DNA of 32,000 nucleotides from Aliivibrio fischeri ES114 (GTDB lineage Bacteria; Pseudomonadota; Gammaproteobacteria; Enterobacterales; Vibrionaceae): NCBI RefSeq assembly GCF_000011805.1, contig NC_006841.2; one strand, 5' to 3'. Shown piece by piece: positions 15,699 to 24,680 of this stretch (position 1 is its first letter; each line of letters starts with the position of its first letter). The notes under the pieces were generated by a model. It saw only the letters and a program-made list of their open reading frames with translations, ran no database searches and was not told where the DNA came from. The position numbers and the translations under genes were made by a program.

Positions 15699-17057
15699 TT
15701 ACCCTTGTCTTGCCTGTAGTTGATATTGTACAAAAGTGTCAGTTTGATTACTTAGTGCTAATAATTTAACTAAAGAAATCACATAATTAAATGAAGCCAA
15801 AGAACGTTGGGTCTTAATGCTAGCAAGATAAAGCTCAGCATCGACCACATCTAGAGAGGTAGATAGCCCTTGTTTGAAGGCTTTCTCACGAAGTTGTACA
15901 TTTTCTTTGGCTAATTCTAAGCTTGAAGCCAAACCGTTATATTCATCAATCGCTTGCAGTGCTTCTCGATATGTCTTTTCAACCAATAACGCAAGATCTT
16001 GTTTAGCTTGGTTTTTTAAATATTTGACCTGTTGAATCGCACTGTGCGCTGCCACCACTTTGTCTGAGCGACCTTTGTTATCCAGTAATGGGACATTAAC
16101 TCCTACACCGACAAGCCAATCAGGTGTTATTTCTGCTGATAAACTGTCACCTTCATACAGATTATAGTTACCATATAAGTAGACATCAGGGTAATAACGC
16201 CCCTTTTCTGCTTTAACTAAACTTTCTGCTTGTAATTCTTTGGCATCTAAGAGAGCCAAACCAGGATAAGTATCTAGTGTGCTATCCACAAATGCATTTA
16301 ACTGTGGCAGTGACTTGTTTATAAATAATTGAGTTTCTGGGGTTACGGTTTCTGTTGTTTGTAACATACTAACTAAAGCGGCATTAGCAATATCATAGTC
16401 TTGCTGAGCTTTTCGTAAATCAACTTTAGCTTTATCATAAGAAGCATCAGCCTGTAGACGCTCTACTTTCGCAATTTGACCTTGCTGTTGTAGTTTAATC
16501 GCATTATCTCGATGTTTTGCTAGGCCTTGCTCTACTTCACTATAAGTATTAACCACTTCTTTCGCTAATACGGTACTAAAGTAATACTTTGCCAAATCTT
16601 CATAAGACGCTTGTTGCTTCATTAATAGTTGGCTACGAGCTTCTGCTGTTTTGCCTTCTGCTGCACTTTCAGCTGCAGAAATCCGACCGCCAGTAAAAAT
16701 TGGCCAAATGGCACGAATGGAACTGGTAAAGATATCTCGTTCAGAAAGCGTTGATGTTAGATTAGGAAGCAAAAATGGAATAGATGCATTCGTACTGTTC
16801 CATACTTGTTCAGCAGAAACCGTTACATCATCATCAAGATAAGTGTAGTTTGCGCTTAAGGTGATTGAAGGAAGGTTTAGATCAGACGTTCCTGATGCCA
16901 ACGACTCTTGTCTCTGTACATTCATTCGTTCAGCAGCAATACCGTTGTGATTATTTAATACATTTTTCCAAGCGGAATCGAAATCAACAGACTTAGCCTG
17001 TACTGATATTGATAGTAATGTAGTAATTAAGATTGAGACACGTGTCATTTTTAGCAT
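15699..17057 (-). CDS. TolC-family outer membrane efflux protein
   Basis: Signal peptide ...SISVQA|KS and two OEP repeats. GGAGGG lies just upstream of ATG 17057. Confidence 0.85.
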   Translation of the reverse strand: MLKMTRVSILITTLLSISVQAKSVDFDSAWKNVLNNHNGIAAERMNVQRQESLASGTSDLNLPSITLSANYTYLDDDVTVSAEQVWNSTNASIPFLLPNLTSTLSERDIFTSSIRAIWPIFTGGRISAAESAAEGKTAEARSQLLMKQQASYEDLAKYYFSTVLAKEVVNTYSEVEQGLAKHRDNAIKLQQQGQIAKVERLQADASYDKAKVDLRKAQQDYDIANAALVSMLQTTETVTPETQLFINKSLPQLNAFVDSTLDTYPGLALLDAKELQAESLVKAEKGRYYPDVYLYGNYNLYEGDSLSAEITPDWLVGVGVNVPLLDNKGRSDKVVAAHSAIQQVKYLKNQAKQDLALLVEKTYREALQAIDEYNGLASSLELAKENVQLREKAFKQGLSTSLDVVDAELYLASIKTQRSLASFNYVISLVKLLALSNQTDTFVQYQLQARQG

Positions 17058-17072
17058 AAACCCTCCGTTAAA

Positions 17073-17088
17073 TAGAGTATATACTCTA
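17073..17088. promoter_or_regulatory. 16-bp perfect palindrome overlapping a -10-like box (candidate TetR operator of the efflux operon)
   Basis: TAGAGTATATACTCTA. On the minus strand TTGCAT (17105-17100) lies 16-18 bp upstream of TATATA/TATACT inside the palindrome. Confidence 0.5.
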
Positions 17089-17102
17089 AATAAACCTAGA
17101 TG

Positions 17103-17131
17103 CAAAAAAAAGCTTATCTATAAGATAAGCC
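17103..17131 (-). terminator. Rho-independent terminator after the TetR gene
   Basis: On the minus strand: GCTTATCT-tat-AGATAAGC followed by TTTTTTTT. Confidence 0.7.
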
Positions 17132-17152
17132 TTTTAATACATTTAATCAGAT

Positions 17153-17614
17153 TTATTTTGCCATTCGGATAAGAGATAGACCTATTAACCACTCTAGATC
17201 TTTACGACTCTCTTCGCCATATAGATCTTCAACCATGCTATATAGACGCTCAATACCGTTATGTGCAAATTCATGTGCATTTGCTGATGTTACGATATGG
17301 TGGAACAAAAGGCGTAAAATAGCTCGGAATTGTTCGTCTTCTAGAGATGAAATCCAGCTATCAATAAATTGTTGTTTGTCACCTTGCATATCAAGGCGTT
17401 CAGCAAAAAGACGGAAAATACGACCATCTAACGCTGCTGTAAAATCCGTTTTCTTTGGAAAATGATGGCTAATGCCAGTTCTAGAAACACCAGTCTGTTG
17501 ACTTAGTGTTGTGTACGACATTTTGTCATAGCCTAAGCGTAATAGTTGATCAATAACCGCATCCATGATTTTCTGGATGGTGATTTCAGTATCTTCTTTA
17601 CTTCTTTTTGGCAT
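17153..17614 (-). CDS. TetR/AcrR-family transcriptional regulator
   Basis: 153 aa with an N-terminal HTH ...YDKMSYTTLSQQTGVSRTGISHHFPKK. Confidence 0.9.
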   Translation of the reverse strand: MPKRSKEDTEITIQKIMDAVIDQLLRLGYDKMSYTTLSQQTGVSRTGISHHFPKKTDFTAALDGRIFRLFAERLDMQGDKQQFIDSWISSLEDEQFRAILRLLFHHIVTSANAHEFAHNGIERLYSMVEDLYGEESRKDLEWLIGLSLIRMAK

Positions 17615-18071
17615 AATAAAGCTCTTCTAAGTGGTTAGTCCATTAAGAAATCAATCATAAAAATGTACTAATAATGCAATCTAGTAGATTTGTAAGATTC
17701 AAATCCTTTTATAATTTATTTTTATCGTGTATTGCTTTCTAAACATCATATAACAACTTGTCCGTTAAATTCGTTCTCAAAAGTAAGAAATAAAAAATGT
17801 AACGTAAATACGAAGTTGTGGCCTAAAAAGCGTTTGGAGTCTAGTTTGCGGTATACAGTATTGAATTACAACAAACGCCTGCGGATTCTTACAAAAATTT
17901 GTCATATAGGTTCGTTTTTTGAGAAATTCATCCCAAGTTAAGTAACTGTGCGTAATTCTTTGTTCAGATGTTATCTTTTATGCAACTAGATATTCAATAT
18001 GATAAAAATGGTAGAGTTCTGATAAAAAGCAGCATAGTATTACCCTACTACTACTATTGAGGATACAAGCA

Positions 18072-18368
18072 ATGAGTTCTGAAGTTGAACAAAACGTACC
18101 ATGTGAAGCATGTGGTTGTAGTGCAGAAATGGGTTTTGTGATTAAAGAAGGTGATGATGTTGCTGAAGTAAGCATCTTCGCTGACAATAAAGTATTATTA
18201 GAATCTGAATTTTCTAACTACCTAGCATTGGCTAAAGAAGTATGTGCAGACGTTGAGCACAGTATTGTAATTACCGAAGATGAAAAAGAATTGCATGCTC
18301 GTCTTAAGTTTTCATGCAGTGCAGAAAAATTAATTTATGAATTAAAAACACGTTCTCTACGTCGTTAA
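18072..18368 (+). CDS. yfcZ: YfcZ/YiiS-family (DUF406) protein
   Basis: GAGGA lies 8 nt upstream of ATG 18072. The N-terminal Cys cluster (CEACGC) and C-terminal FSCSAEKLIYELKTRSL resemble E. coli YfcZ (FACEAEMLIFQLGLR) as recalled. Confidence 0.7.
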   Translation: MSSEVEQNVPCEACGCSAEMGFVIKEGDDVAEVSIFADNKVLLESEFSNYLALAKEVCADVEHSIVITEDEKELHARLKFSCSAEKLIYELKTRSLRR

Positions 18369-18383
18369 CTTTTGTTCAAAATG

Positions 18384-18424
18384 AAAAAAAGGCCCTAACT
18401 AGTCACCTAGAGGGCCTTTTTTAT
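18384..18424. terminator. Bidirectional terminator between yfcZ and the cold-shock gene
   Basis: AAAAAAAGGCCCT-loop-AGGGCCTTTTTTA. Confidence 0.75.
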
Positions 18425-18437
18425 TAATTCTGTATTA

Positions 18438-18644
18438 TTAAAGAGCTACGATATTAGCTGCTTGCGGGCCTTTTTGACCTTGCTCAACATCGAAAGACAC
18501 TGCTTGGCCTTCTTTTAACGTTTTGAAGCCTTCTGATTGAATTTGGCTAAAGTGAGCGAACACATCAGGTCCATTCTCTTGAGCAATAAAACCAAAACCT
18601 TTTTCTTCGTTAAACCATTTAACAGTACCAGTTGCTTTAGCCAT
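18438..18644 (-). CDS. CspA-family cold-shock protein
   Basis: 68 aa. [16 protein letters not shown] (RNP1) and DVFAHF (RNP2) are present. Confidence 0.95.
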   Translation of the reverse strand: MAKATGTVKWFNEEKGFGFIAQENGPDVFAHFSQIQSEGFKTLKEGQAVSFDVEQGQKGPQAANIVAL

Positions 18645-18841
18645 GATGTTTCCTTAAACCTTAAAAATTTGAGTTTACTAGTGACACATTTGTCGCTTCG
18701 GTATCCATTACCGAATTTCACTATAACAAAAGTAGTTTCATAAATGAAACGCAAAATAAGGACCTATATCACTGATTTGAGATTAAACTTATTTGCAAAT
18801 TTGTCGATAATATAGGAAGAGATTCATTTACCGTGAAAATT

Positions 18842-19456
18842 ATGTCTAAATTCAATTACCTGCTAACTGGCTTTATTGGCTGTGTATTTTTAAGTAATCC
18901 AGTTTATGCAGAAAAGCTAAACAAGCACCGTTTAATTAATCATATTGATAGTTATGGAAATATTACGCTTAGAAACACAGATTATACAGAGTTACCTGAT
19001 GACCTTGTTCTTAAAGGTAATTTGAATCTTGCGAACAGCCAAATAAAAAAACTACCAAAAGGTCTTGTTGTTAAAGGTAACTTAAATTTAGCTAACACCG
19101 TGATTAAGTCAATTCCTAGAGGCACTAAGGTTGAGGGTTACCTAAACTTAGCTGGTACGACTGAACTAAAACGTTACCCTCGTGGTATTAAAGTGGCAGG
19201 CTTTATTAATTTTGCTGGTTCTGGCGTGACCGAATTACCACAACGATTAACGGTTAATGGTGACTTAAGTGTAATTAGAACTCCCCTTACTCAATTACCG
19301 AAACAGCTAACTGTTACAGGTAATCTATATTTAGGTTATTCAAAAATCACAACGCTTCCTGATGATTTAGTTGTAAAAGGCAACATTTATTTAGGTGGTC
19401 AACAAATTACTGAATTCCCAGAAACCATAAAAGTTGATGGTTATATTTTTAAGTAG
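18842..19456 (+). CDS. Secreted leucine-rich-repeat-like protein (about 7.5 repeats of 20-21 residues)
   Basis: Signal peptide MSKFNYLLTGFIGCVFLSNPVYA|E. The repeats are LPDDLVLKGNLNLANSQIKK / LPKGLVVKGNLNLANTVIKS / IPRGTKVEGYLNLAGTTELKR and so on. Confidence 0.6.
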   Translation: MSKFNYLLTGFIGCVFLSNPVYAEKLNKHRLINHIDSYGNITLRNTDYTELPDDLVLKGNLNLANSQIKKLPKGLVVKGNLNLANTVIKSIPRGTKVEGYLNLAGTTELKRYPRGIKVAGFINFAGSGVTELPQRLTVNGDLSVIRTPLTQLPKQLTVTGNLYLGYSKITTLPDDLVVKGNIYLGGQQITEFPETIKVDGYIFK

Positions 19457-19483
19457 CATTACAATAAGCTCATAAAAAATATT

Positions 19484-20419
19484 ATGGGCAGTATTATGTT
19501 AGACAACCTACACGAGATGGTCATTTTTGCTACCGTAGCAAATGAATTAAATTTTACTCGAGCAGCAGAAAAGCTTGGGATATCTAAATCTCATGTATCC
19601 AAACAAGTTAAAGCGTTAGAAACTCGATTAGATTGCCAACTGGTTCAACGTAATAATCGCTCTGTTTCCATTACGGAGTTAGGCAGCCAGTATGCGGAGT
19701 ATTGTCAAAAATTAATCGATATTGCTTATGAAGCTGATGCTCTACTTGATGCCCATCACGGTAGGATCTCGGGTGTATTTAAAGTTGGGATTGCTCAATC
19801 GTTTGGCAACAGCCACATTATTCATGCTCTAGCTGAATTCCAAGCACAGTTTCCTGAAATTGAACTCGAAGTGAGTCTTTTTGATCATAAACCAAAACTG
19901 CTTGAAGATGGTTTAGATTGCTGGATTGCAATTCATGATGATTTACCAGAAGGTATGGTGGCAAGAAAAATAGCCGATTGTCGATTTGTTGTTGCAGCTT
20001 CTCCTGATTATATTGAACAACATGGCTGCCCTACACGTCCTGCTGAATTGGTAAAACATAAATGTATTACCTATCAAAGTAACGAAAGAAGATTTAATGA
20101 TTGGGAGTTCACTCGCGATGGTGTACACCAAGTAGTTAATGTTCAAAGTAACTTTAAAATTGATAATGCTTCTGCCATTTTAGACGCAACAAAAGCCGGT
20201 GCAGGTATCGCATACTTAGCAAGCTATTTATTAGAAAATGAATTTGATAATGGCAGCTTAGTTCGATTATTAAAAGAATGGCAGGCAGATATGAAGTTAC
20301 CGATTTATGCGGTATACCCAAGGAGACAGCATTTGCCTCCTAAGGTAAGAACGTTTATTGACTTCTTATCCCAACAAGTTGGTAATCCTCCCCATTGGGA
20401 TAAAAAGCTATTTAACTGA
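19484..20419 (+). CDS. LysR-family transcriptional regulator
   Basis: N-terminal HTH ...FATVANELNFTRAAEKLGISKSHVSKQVKALE plus a LysR substrate-binding domain. Confidence 0.9.
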   Translation: MGSIMLDNLHEMVIFATVANELNFTRAAEKLGISKSHVSKQVKALETRLDCQLVQRNNRSVSITELGSQYAEYCQKLIDIAYEADALLDAHHGRISGVFKVGIAQSFGNSHIIHALAEFQAQFPEIELEVSLFDHKPKLLEDGLDCWIAIHDDLPEGMVARKIADCRFVVAASPDYIEQHGCPTRPAELVKHKCITYQSNERRFNDWEFTRDGVHQVVNVQSNFKIDNASAILDATKAGAGIAYLASYLLENEFDNGSLVRLLKEWQADMKLPIYAVYPRRQHLPPKVRTFIDFLSQQVGNPPHWDKKLFN

Positions 20420-20420
20420 T

Positions 20421-21548
20421 TTATAAGCTAGGCTCAGCTTTGATTTTTTGTGCGTTATTTACCGGATTAGCATAAAGCGCACGCAAATAAGGCTTTTCTT
20501 CTTCTGTTAATTGAGCGAGTTTTTCATTCAACTCGCTGATTACGCCTTGATTAACATCATTTGATTCAACATTTGCAGCAGCGTAATTGATTGGGAATAA
20601 GTGGTAGTTTTGTGTGATTTGCTTATCCATCTCGACCGCTAATTCATCTGCATTTTCAGGCGCATTAGTTACAACGTCACCGAAATGAATGTGGATGCGT
20701 TTTTTATTGCCGATGATACCTTTAATAATGCTATCGATATCCTCAAACTCGCCTTTTTCATAAGAGCCTTGAGTTGCTAACGCATTCAGTTCTTTAGCCT
20801 TTTGAAGATCCAGTGGATCATTTTCGTATGAAATCGATACAGGAACAATATTTAAACCGTTCATGTAATCGGCGAAACTTTCTTTACGCTTACGCCCTTC
20901 TACATGAAACATTTTTAAAATAGCTGGATCAGTAAAATCATTACCGTCTTTCGCTCGACCTTCTTTTTGGGCAATCCAAATTGAATTATTGGTTTCTAGC
21001 GAATGTTTGATGTATGAAGATAATAAGCCTAATGCTTGAAGCATTTGACGAGGCGCTTTTGCCGATCGTTTAACAATAAAACTTTTATTCAGTTTCATTA
21101 ACTCAGTACTGCATGCTTTCTTTAATAGGTTGTCACCAATTGCAATGCGTACCGTCTGCATTTTGTTGTTATATAAAACCCAGTTCATTAATGCTGGATC
21201 CATTGCAATATCACGGTGATTAGATACGAACAAGTAAGATTGTTCTGGATCTAATTTATCAAGACCTGAATGAGTAATACCACCGGTTGTGGTTTTGATG
21301 GTTTTATTCAAATACTTTGCAACATTAATTTGCACATCTTCAACTGTTTTGATTTTTGATAATGTGCTACGTAATTTGTAACGTAGTAATGGAGCAAGAA
21401 GCCAAAACAAAAACTTAGATGCTGATGGAAATTTGTAGTGAAGAATGGCTGTTATAAATTCATCATCAGAAATTAATCGCTCAATAGCCGCAGGCACTTC
21501 GTTGTCGTTATATGGACGAATTTCTTGATAGATATCTTGTGTGGTCAT
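20421..21548 (-). CDS. Glycerolipid/lysophospholipid acyltransferase (PlsC-like family)
   Basis: HX4D motif in FVSNHRDIAMDP. The likely start is MTTQDIYQ (21548) rather than the track start. Confidence 0.75.
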   Translation of the reverse strand: MTTQDIYQEIRPYNDNEVPAAIERLISDDEFITAILHYKFPSASKFLFWLLAPLLRYKLRSTLSKIKTVEDVQINVAKYLNKTIKTTTGGITHSGLDKLDPEQSYLFVSNHRDIAMDPALMNWVLYNNKMQTVRIAIGDNLLKKACSTELMKLNKSFIVKRSAKAPRQMLQALGLLSSYIKHSLETNNSIWIAQKEGRAKDGNDFTDPAILKMFHVEGRKRKESFADYMNGLNIVPVSISYENDPLDLQKAKELNALATQGSYEKGEFEDIDSIIKGIIGNKKRIHIHFGDVVTNAPENADELAVEMDKQITQNYHLFPINYAAANVESNDVNQGVISELNEKLAQLTEEEKPYLRALYANPVNNAQKIKAEPSL

Positions 21549-21728
21549 GTTTGGACTTCTGGTTACCGAAAATGGAATAAGCGCATATTCTACTTGATTT
21601 TTATGTCGTTGTACGTGATCAATTTCAGAGGTCGTACCATTGGGGCTCAAATCAATGATAAAGCATGAGAATGCATTGATTTTTTAATGGAAACCAGTAA
21701 AGTTACGCACTTCAATTTAGAGGTCGAT

Positions 21729-22349
21729 ATGAAAAACGCAATTACTTTTGAGTCAGACACACTTACTACGCTTTTTTACACTGCTCGTAAGAAGAAAAAT
21801 CATTACGAACTGGTTTCGGTTGAATCTGGCGCAATGCTAATTCGTCTTGGCAAATGGGAATATTTAGTTGAAGCTGGAGAGATGTTTTGGCTGCCGTTCG
21901 ACTCTTTAATCTCAGAAACGGTGGTTCCTAATTCGACCATTTCTAGAATTTGTTTTTCTATAAGAACTCGTGAAAATTTGCCGCACCAAGGCGGCTACCT
22001 TCACTCGACACCATTGCTTTGTGCTGCTTTAAATAAGCTTCAAACGAAAACTATCAGCAACGAAGCACAGCAGCGTCTATTATCGGTGATTCAGGATGAG
22101 ATCTTGGATTCGATTTGTCACACATCACTTTCTGATAAATCCAGTGCGATAACGCATTATGTGGCAGAATTAGGGAAAAGTGCTGCTCCTTCGCAAGTAA
22201 ATTTATCTGCCGATATGATGATGCTATTAAAAGTTCGTGAAGCTGACAAAATGAGAAAATCAGGCGGTAAAATGGATGTTATTGCGGAAAGACTGTTTGA
22301 GGGTAACGTTCAATTAATGGAGCAGGCTTTTACTATTTTAAGTGAGTAA
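21729..22349 (+). CDS. Hypothetical protein, possibly an AraC-like cupin-domain regulator
   Basis: AGAGG RBS before ATG 21729. The N-terminus is cupin-like (GEMFWLPFD) and the C-terminus weakly resembles an AraC HTH (DVIAERLFEGNVQLMEQAF). Weak call. Confidence 0.4.
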   Translation: MKNAITFESDTLTTLFYTARKKKNHYELVSVESGAMLIRLGKWEYLVEAGEMFWLPFDSLISETVVPNSTISRICFSIRTRENLPHQGGYLHSTPLLCAALNKLQTKTISNEAQQRLLSVIQDEILDSICHTSLSDKSSAITHYVAELGKSAAPSQVNLSADMMMLLKVREADKMRKSGGKMDVIAERLFEGNVQLMEQAFTILSE

Positions 22350-22385
22350 CACCCTGCTCTAATAAGGTCTTTATGAATTTGATGG

Positions 22386-22895
22386 TTACTGAAAAGGCAC
22401 TTCAAATTGCATAAAGACCTGATCATCCGCTTTATCGTGCCAGCGATAATCAATACGAAATCGTGCGCTTTTGCCTTTTTTCTCGCCACCAAACGCTAAA
22501 CTCAACTGTAAACCGTGGCTTTCAAGCCATTCGCCATAAGATTCAAACTCTTCAATTTTTTTATCGTAATACTCTTCTGGTTGCCAAACGGTAAATCCAA
22601 CAGCACTATCACTTAAATAACCTGTTAGTAATGGGTCATCACCAGTACTGTATGCCCAGTTTTCCCAGAAGGTAGGCTCTTCAAACACTTCACTTTCAAT
22701 TCTATTGGTCATACTAGTTAGTTGATTAATGAACTGATTTACTTCAAACAGTGGGATTAAACATGATGAGGTTGAAGAGTAAATTTCACGAGAATAACTA
22801 TCGTAACTTTCCTGAAAACAAGTGGCCTTATTCACTGCACTCACATTTAAAGGCAGTAAGAAAAGCAGACTAAGTAAACTCACTTGTTTCTTCAT
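22386..22895 (-). CDS. Hypothetical secreted protein
   Basis: 169 aa with signal peptide MKKQVSLLSLLFLLPLNVSA. It lies 6 nt downstream of the adenylyltransferase gene, so is probably co-transcribed. Confidence 0.5.
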   Translation of the reverse strand: MKKQVSLLSLLFLLPLNVSAVNKATCFQESYDSYSREIYSSTSSCLIPLFEVNQFINQLTSMTNRIESEVFEEPTFWENWAYSTGDDPLLTGYLSDSAVGFTVWQPEEYYDKKIEEFESYGEWLESHGLQLSLAFGGEKKGKSARFRIDYRWHDKADDQVFMQFEVPFQ

Positions 22896-22901
22896 TTATT
22901 G

Positions 22902-23414
22902 TTACTCGTATAATCGATGTTTCTTTATATAATCCGCAACATGCGGTGTTGTTAAGTGGCTAATTTCCATATTGTCACCAATTGCATTCCTTATGTCTGT
23001 GCTGCGGATCGCAACTGTTTCAGGACATGCCATGACAGACCAACGTTTTACTATTTCGTCTGACTTATGAAACTTAGCAAATTGTAATAGGTTATCGGGT
23101 CCTATTATGAAAGTTATATCGGCGTTTTTTTCATTTTCTTGAAGTCTATTTAGCAGTGAAAATGTAGTTACGCTCTGATCTGGAATGTGAATCTCTTTTT
23201 CTAATGTCGAGATTTCGACATTTTTGATAATTAAATCTTTAGCAAATTCATTCAACATTTCTACACGAGTATCAAATGAAAGCATGGTTTTTCCCCAAGC
23301 ATGGGCAATACTCGGTACGAGTAATACTCTATCAAAATGCCCAAGACGCTCGATAACGCTTTTATGACCAAGAGATGGCGGATTAAACGCGCTTCCAAAT
23401 ACAGCAATCTTCAT
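22902..23414 (-). CDS. Nicotinate/nicotinamide-nucleotide adenylyltransferase, short form (NadD family)
   Basis: MKIAVFGSAFNPPSLGH carries the (H/T)xGH nucleotidyltransferase motif, and the C-terminal IRSTDIRN matches the ISSTxIR motif. Confidence 0.75.
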   Translation of the reverse strand: MKIAVFGSAFNPPSLGHKSVIERLGHFDRVLLVPSIAHAWGKTMLSFDTRVEMLNEFAKDLIIKNVEISTLEKEIHIPDQSVTTFSLLNRLQENEKNADITFIIGPDNLLQFAKFHKSDEIVKRWSVMACPETVAIRSTDIRNAIGDNMEISHLTTPHVADYIKKHRLYE

Positions 23415-23568
23415 ACAAACTTCCTATCGATTTGATTATAAACAGCATAAGTGAAAATTTTGTCAAAGGCTATGCCATGTATCATTTCTCTATTATTAAT
23501 TACATTATTTCAGTATTATTAATCAACATTAATCGTAAATAAGACTCGAATGAGCAAAGGAATGAGTA

Positions 23569-24399
23569 ATGCAGCAGCAAATTGTTGAAGAAATGAAAGT
23601 AAAGGTGTCAATTGACCCTGTTGAAGAGATCAAAAAACGTGTGGACTTTATTAAAGGTAAATTGCTTGAAGCTCACTGTAAATCGTTAATTCTTGGTATC
23701 AGTGGTGGTGTTGATTCGACAACTTGTGGTCGTTTAGCTCAACTTGCCGTAAATGAACTTAACCTTGAGACTCAAAGTTCAGATTATCAATTTATTGCAG
23801 TTCGTCTTCCTTATGGTATCCAACAAGATGAAGATGAAGCACAACTAGCACTTCAATTTATTCAACCGACCCACTCTATTAGTATTAATATTAAAAACGG
23901 TGTTGATGGTCTACATTCAGCTAATCACATCGCACTTAAAGATACGGGTTTATTGCCAACCGATAGCGCAAAAATCGATTTTGTAAAAGGTAATGTTAAG
24001 GCTCGTGCCCGTATGATTGCTCAATACGAAGTTGCAGGCTATGTCGGTGGTTTGGTATTAGGCACTGATCACTCTGCTGAAAATATTACGGGCTTTTATA
24101 CTAAATTTGGTGATGGTGCGTGTGACTTAGCGCCTTTGTTTGGTTTAAATAAACGCCAAGTTCGTGAGGTTGCAGCGCAATTAGGTGCACCAGAGCAGTT
24201 AGTTAAAAAAGTACCAACTGCTGATTTAGAAGAGTTAGCACCACAGAAAGCGGACGAAGATGCTTTATCTGTTAGCTATGATCAAATTGATGACTTTTTG
24301 GAAGGTAAAAAAATTGATGCTGATGCAGAAGATCGATTAATTAAAATCTACCAAATGTCTCAGCATAAACGTAAGCCTATCCCAACTATTTATGATTAA
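23569..24399 (+). CDS. nadE: NH3-dependent NAD+ synthetase
   Basis: 276 aa with the PP-loop [11 protein letters not shown] and ...[19 protein letters not shown]. Confidence 0.95.
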   Translation: MQQQIVEEMKVKVSIDPVEEIKKRVDFIKGKLLEAHCKSLILGISGGVDSTTCGRLAQLAVNELNLETQSSDYQFIAVRLPYGIQQDEDEAQLALQFIQPTHSISINIKNGVDGLHSANHIALKDTGLLPTDSAKIDFVKGNVKARARMIAQYEVAGYVGGLVLGTDHSAENITGFYTKFGDGACDLAPLFGLNKRQVREVAAQLGAPEQLVKKVPTADLEELAPQKADEDALSVSYDQIDDFLEGKKIDADAEDRLIKIYQMSQHKRKPIPTIYD

Positions 24400-24680
24400 T
24401 CATTAATAGTTGGTAATGGTATTTGATTAATGACTAAGGCTTCTTTTGAAGCTTTAGTCATTTTTTTTATACGATATTCGTATTTTAAAGCAATGGATTT
24501 ATTTTCAACGTCGTGTTGCCAAACTAAGGTCAAAGGCCCTTTTCCTTTAAGGTATTTTGCCCCTTTCCCATTTTGATGCATTTTAAAGCGTCGTTCTAAA
24601 TTATTAGTAATGCCGCAATACAAGCTACCTACCCGAGTTCTTATCAGGTAGATAAACCATGTGTTCTTTTTTTCAGTCAT
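24396..24680 (-). CDS. yhbQ: GIY-YIG nuclease superfamily protein (UPF0213/YhbQ-like)
   Basis: [36 protein letters not shown] is a GIY-YIG motif. The ATG overlaps the yceH stop (TAATG). Confidence 0.85.
   Translation of the reverse strand: MTEKKNTWFIYLIRTRVGSLYCGITNNLERRFKMHQNGKGAKYLKGKGPLTLVWQHDVENKSIALKYEYRIKKMTKASKEALVINQIPLPTIND

Noticed and set aside
17732-18187. Track ORFs 17732-17941(+) and 17978-18187(-)
   Set aside because: Neither has an RBS. The second overlaps the yfcZ start on the opposite strand. The region is better treated as intergenic.
18515-18754. ORFs 18515-18754(-) and 18537-18743(+) around the cold-shock gene
   Set aside because: They overlap the CspA-family CDS and its leader in other frames.
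22310-22492. 60-aa minus-strand ORF
   Set aside because: It overlaps the ends of two better-supported genes and has no RBS.
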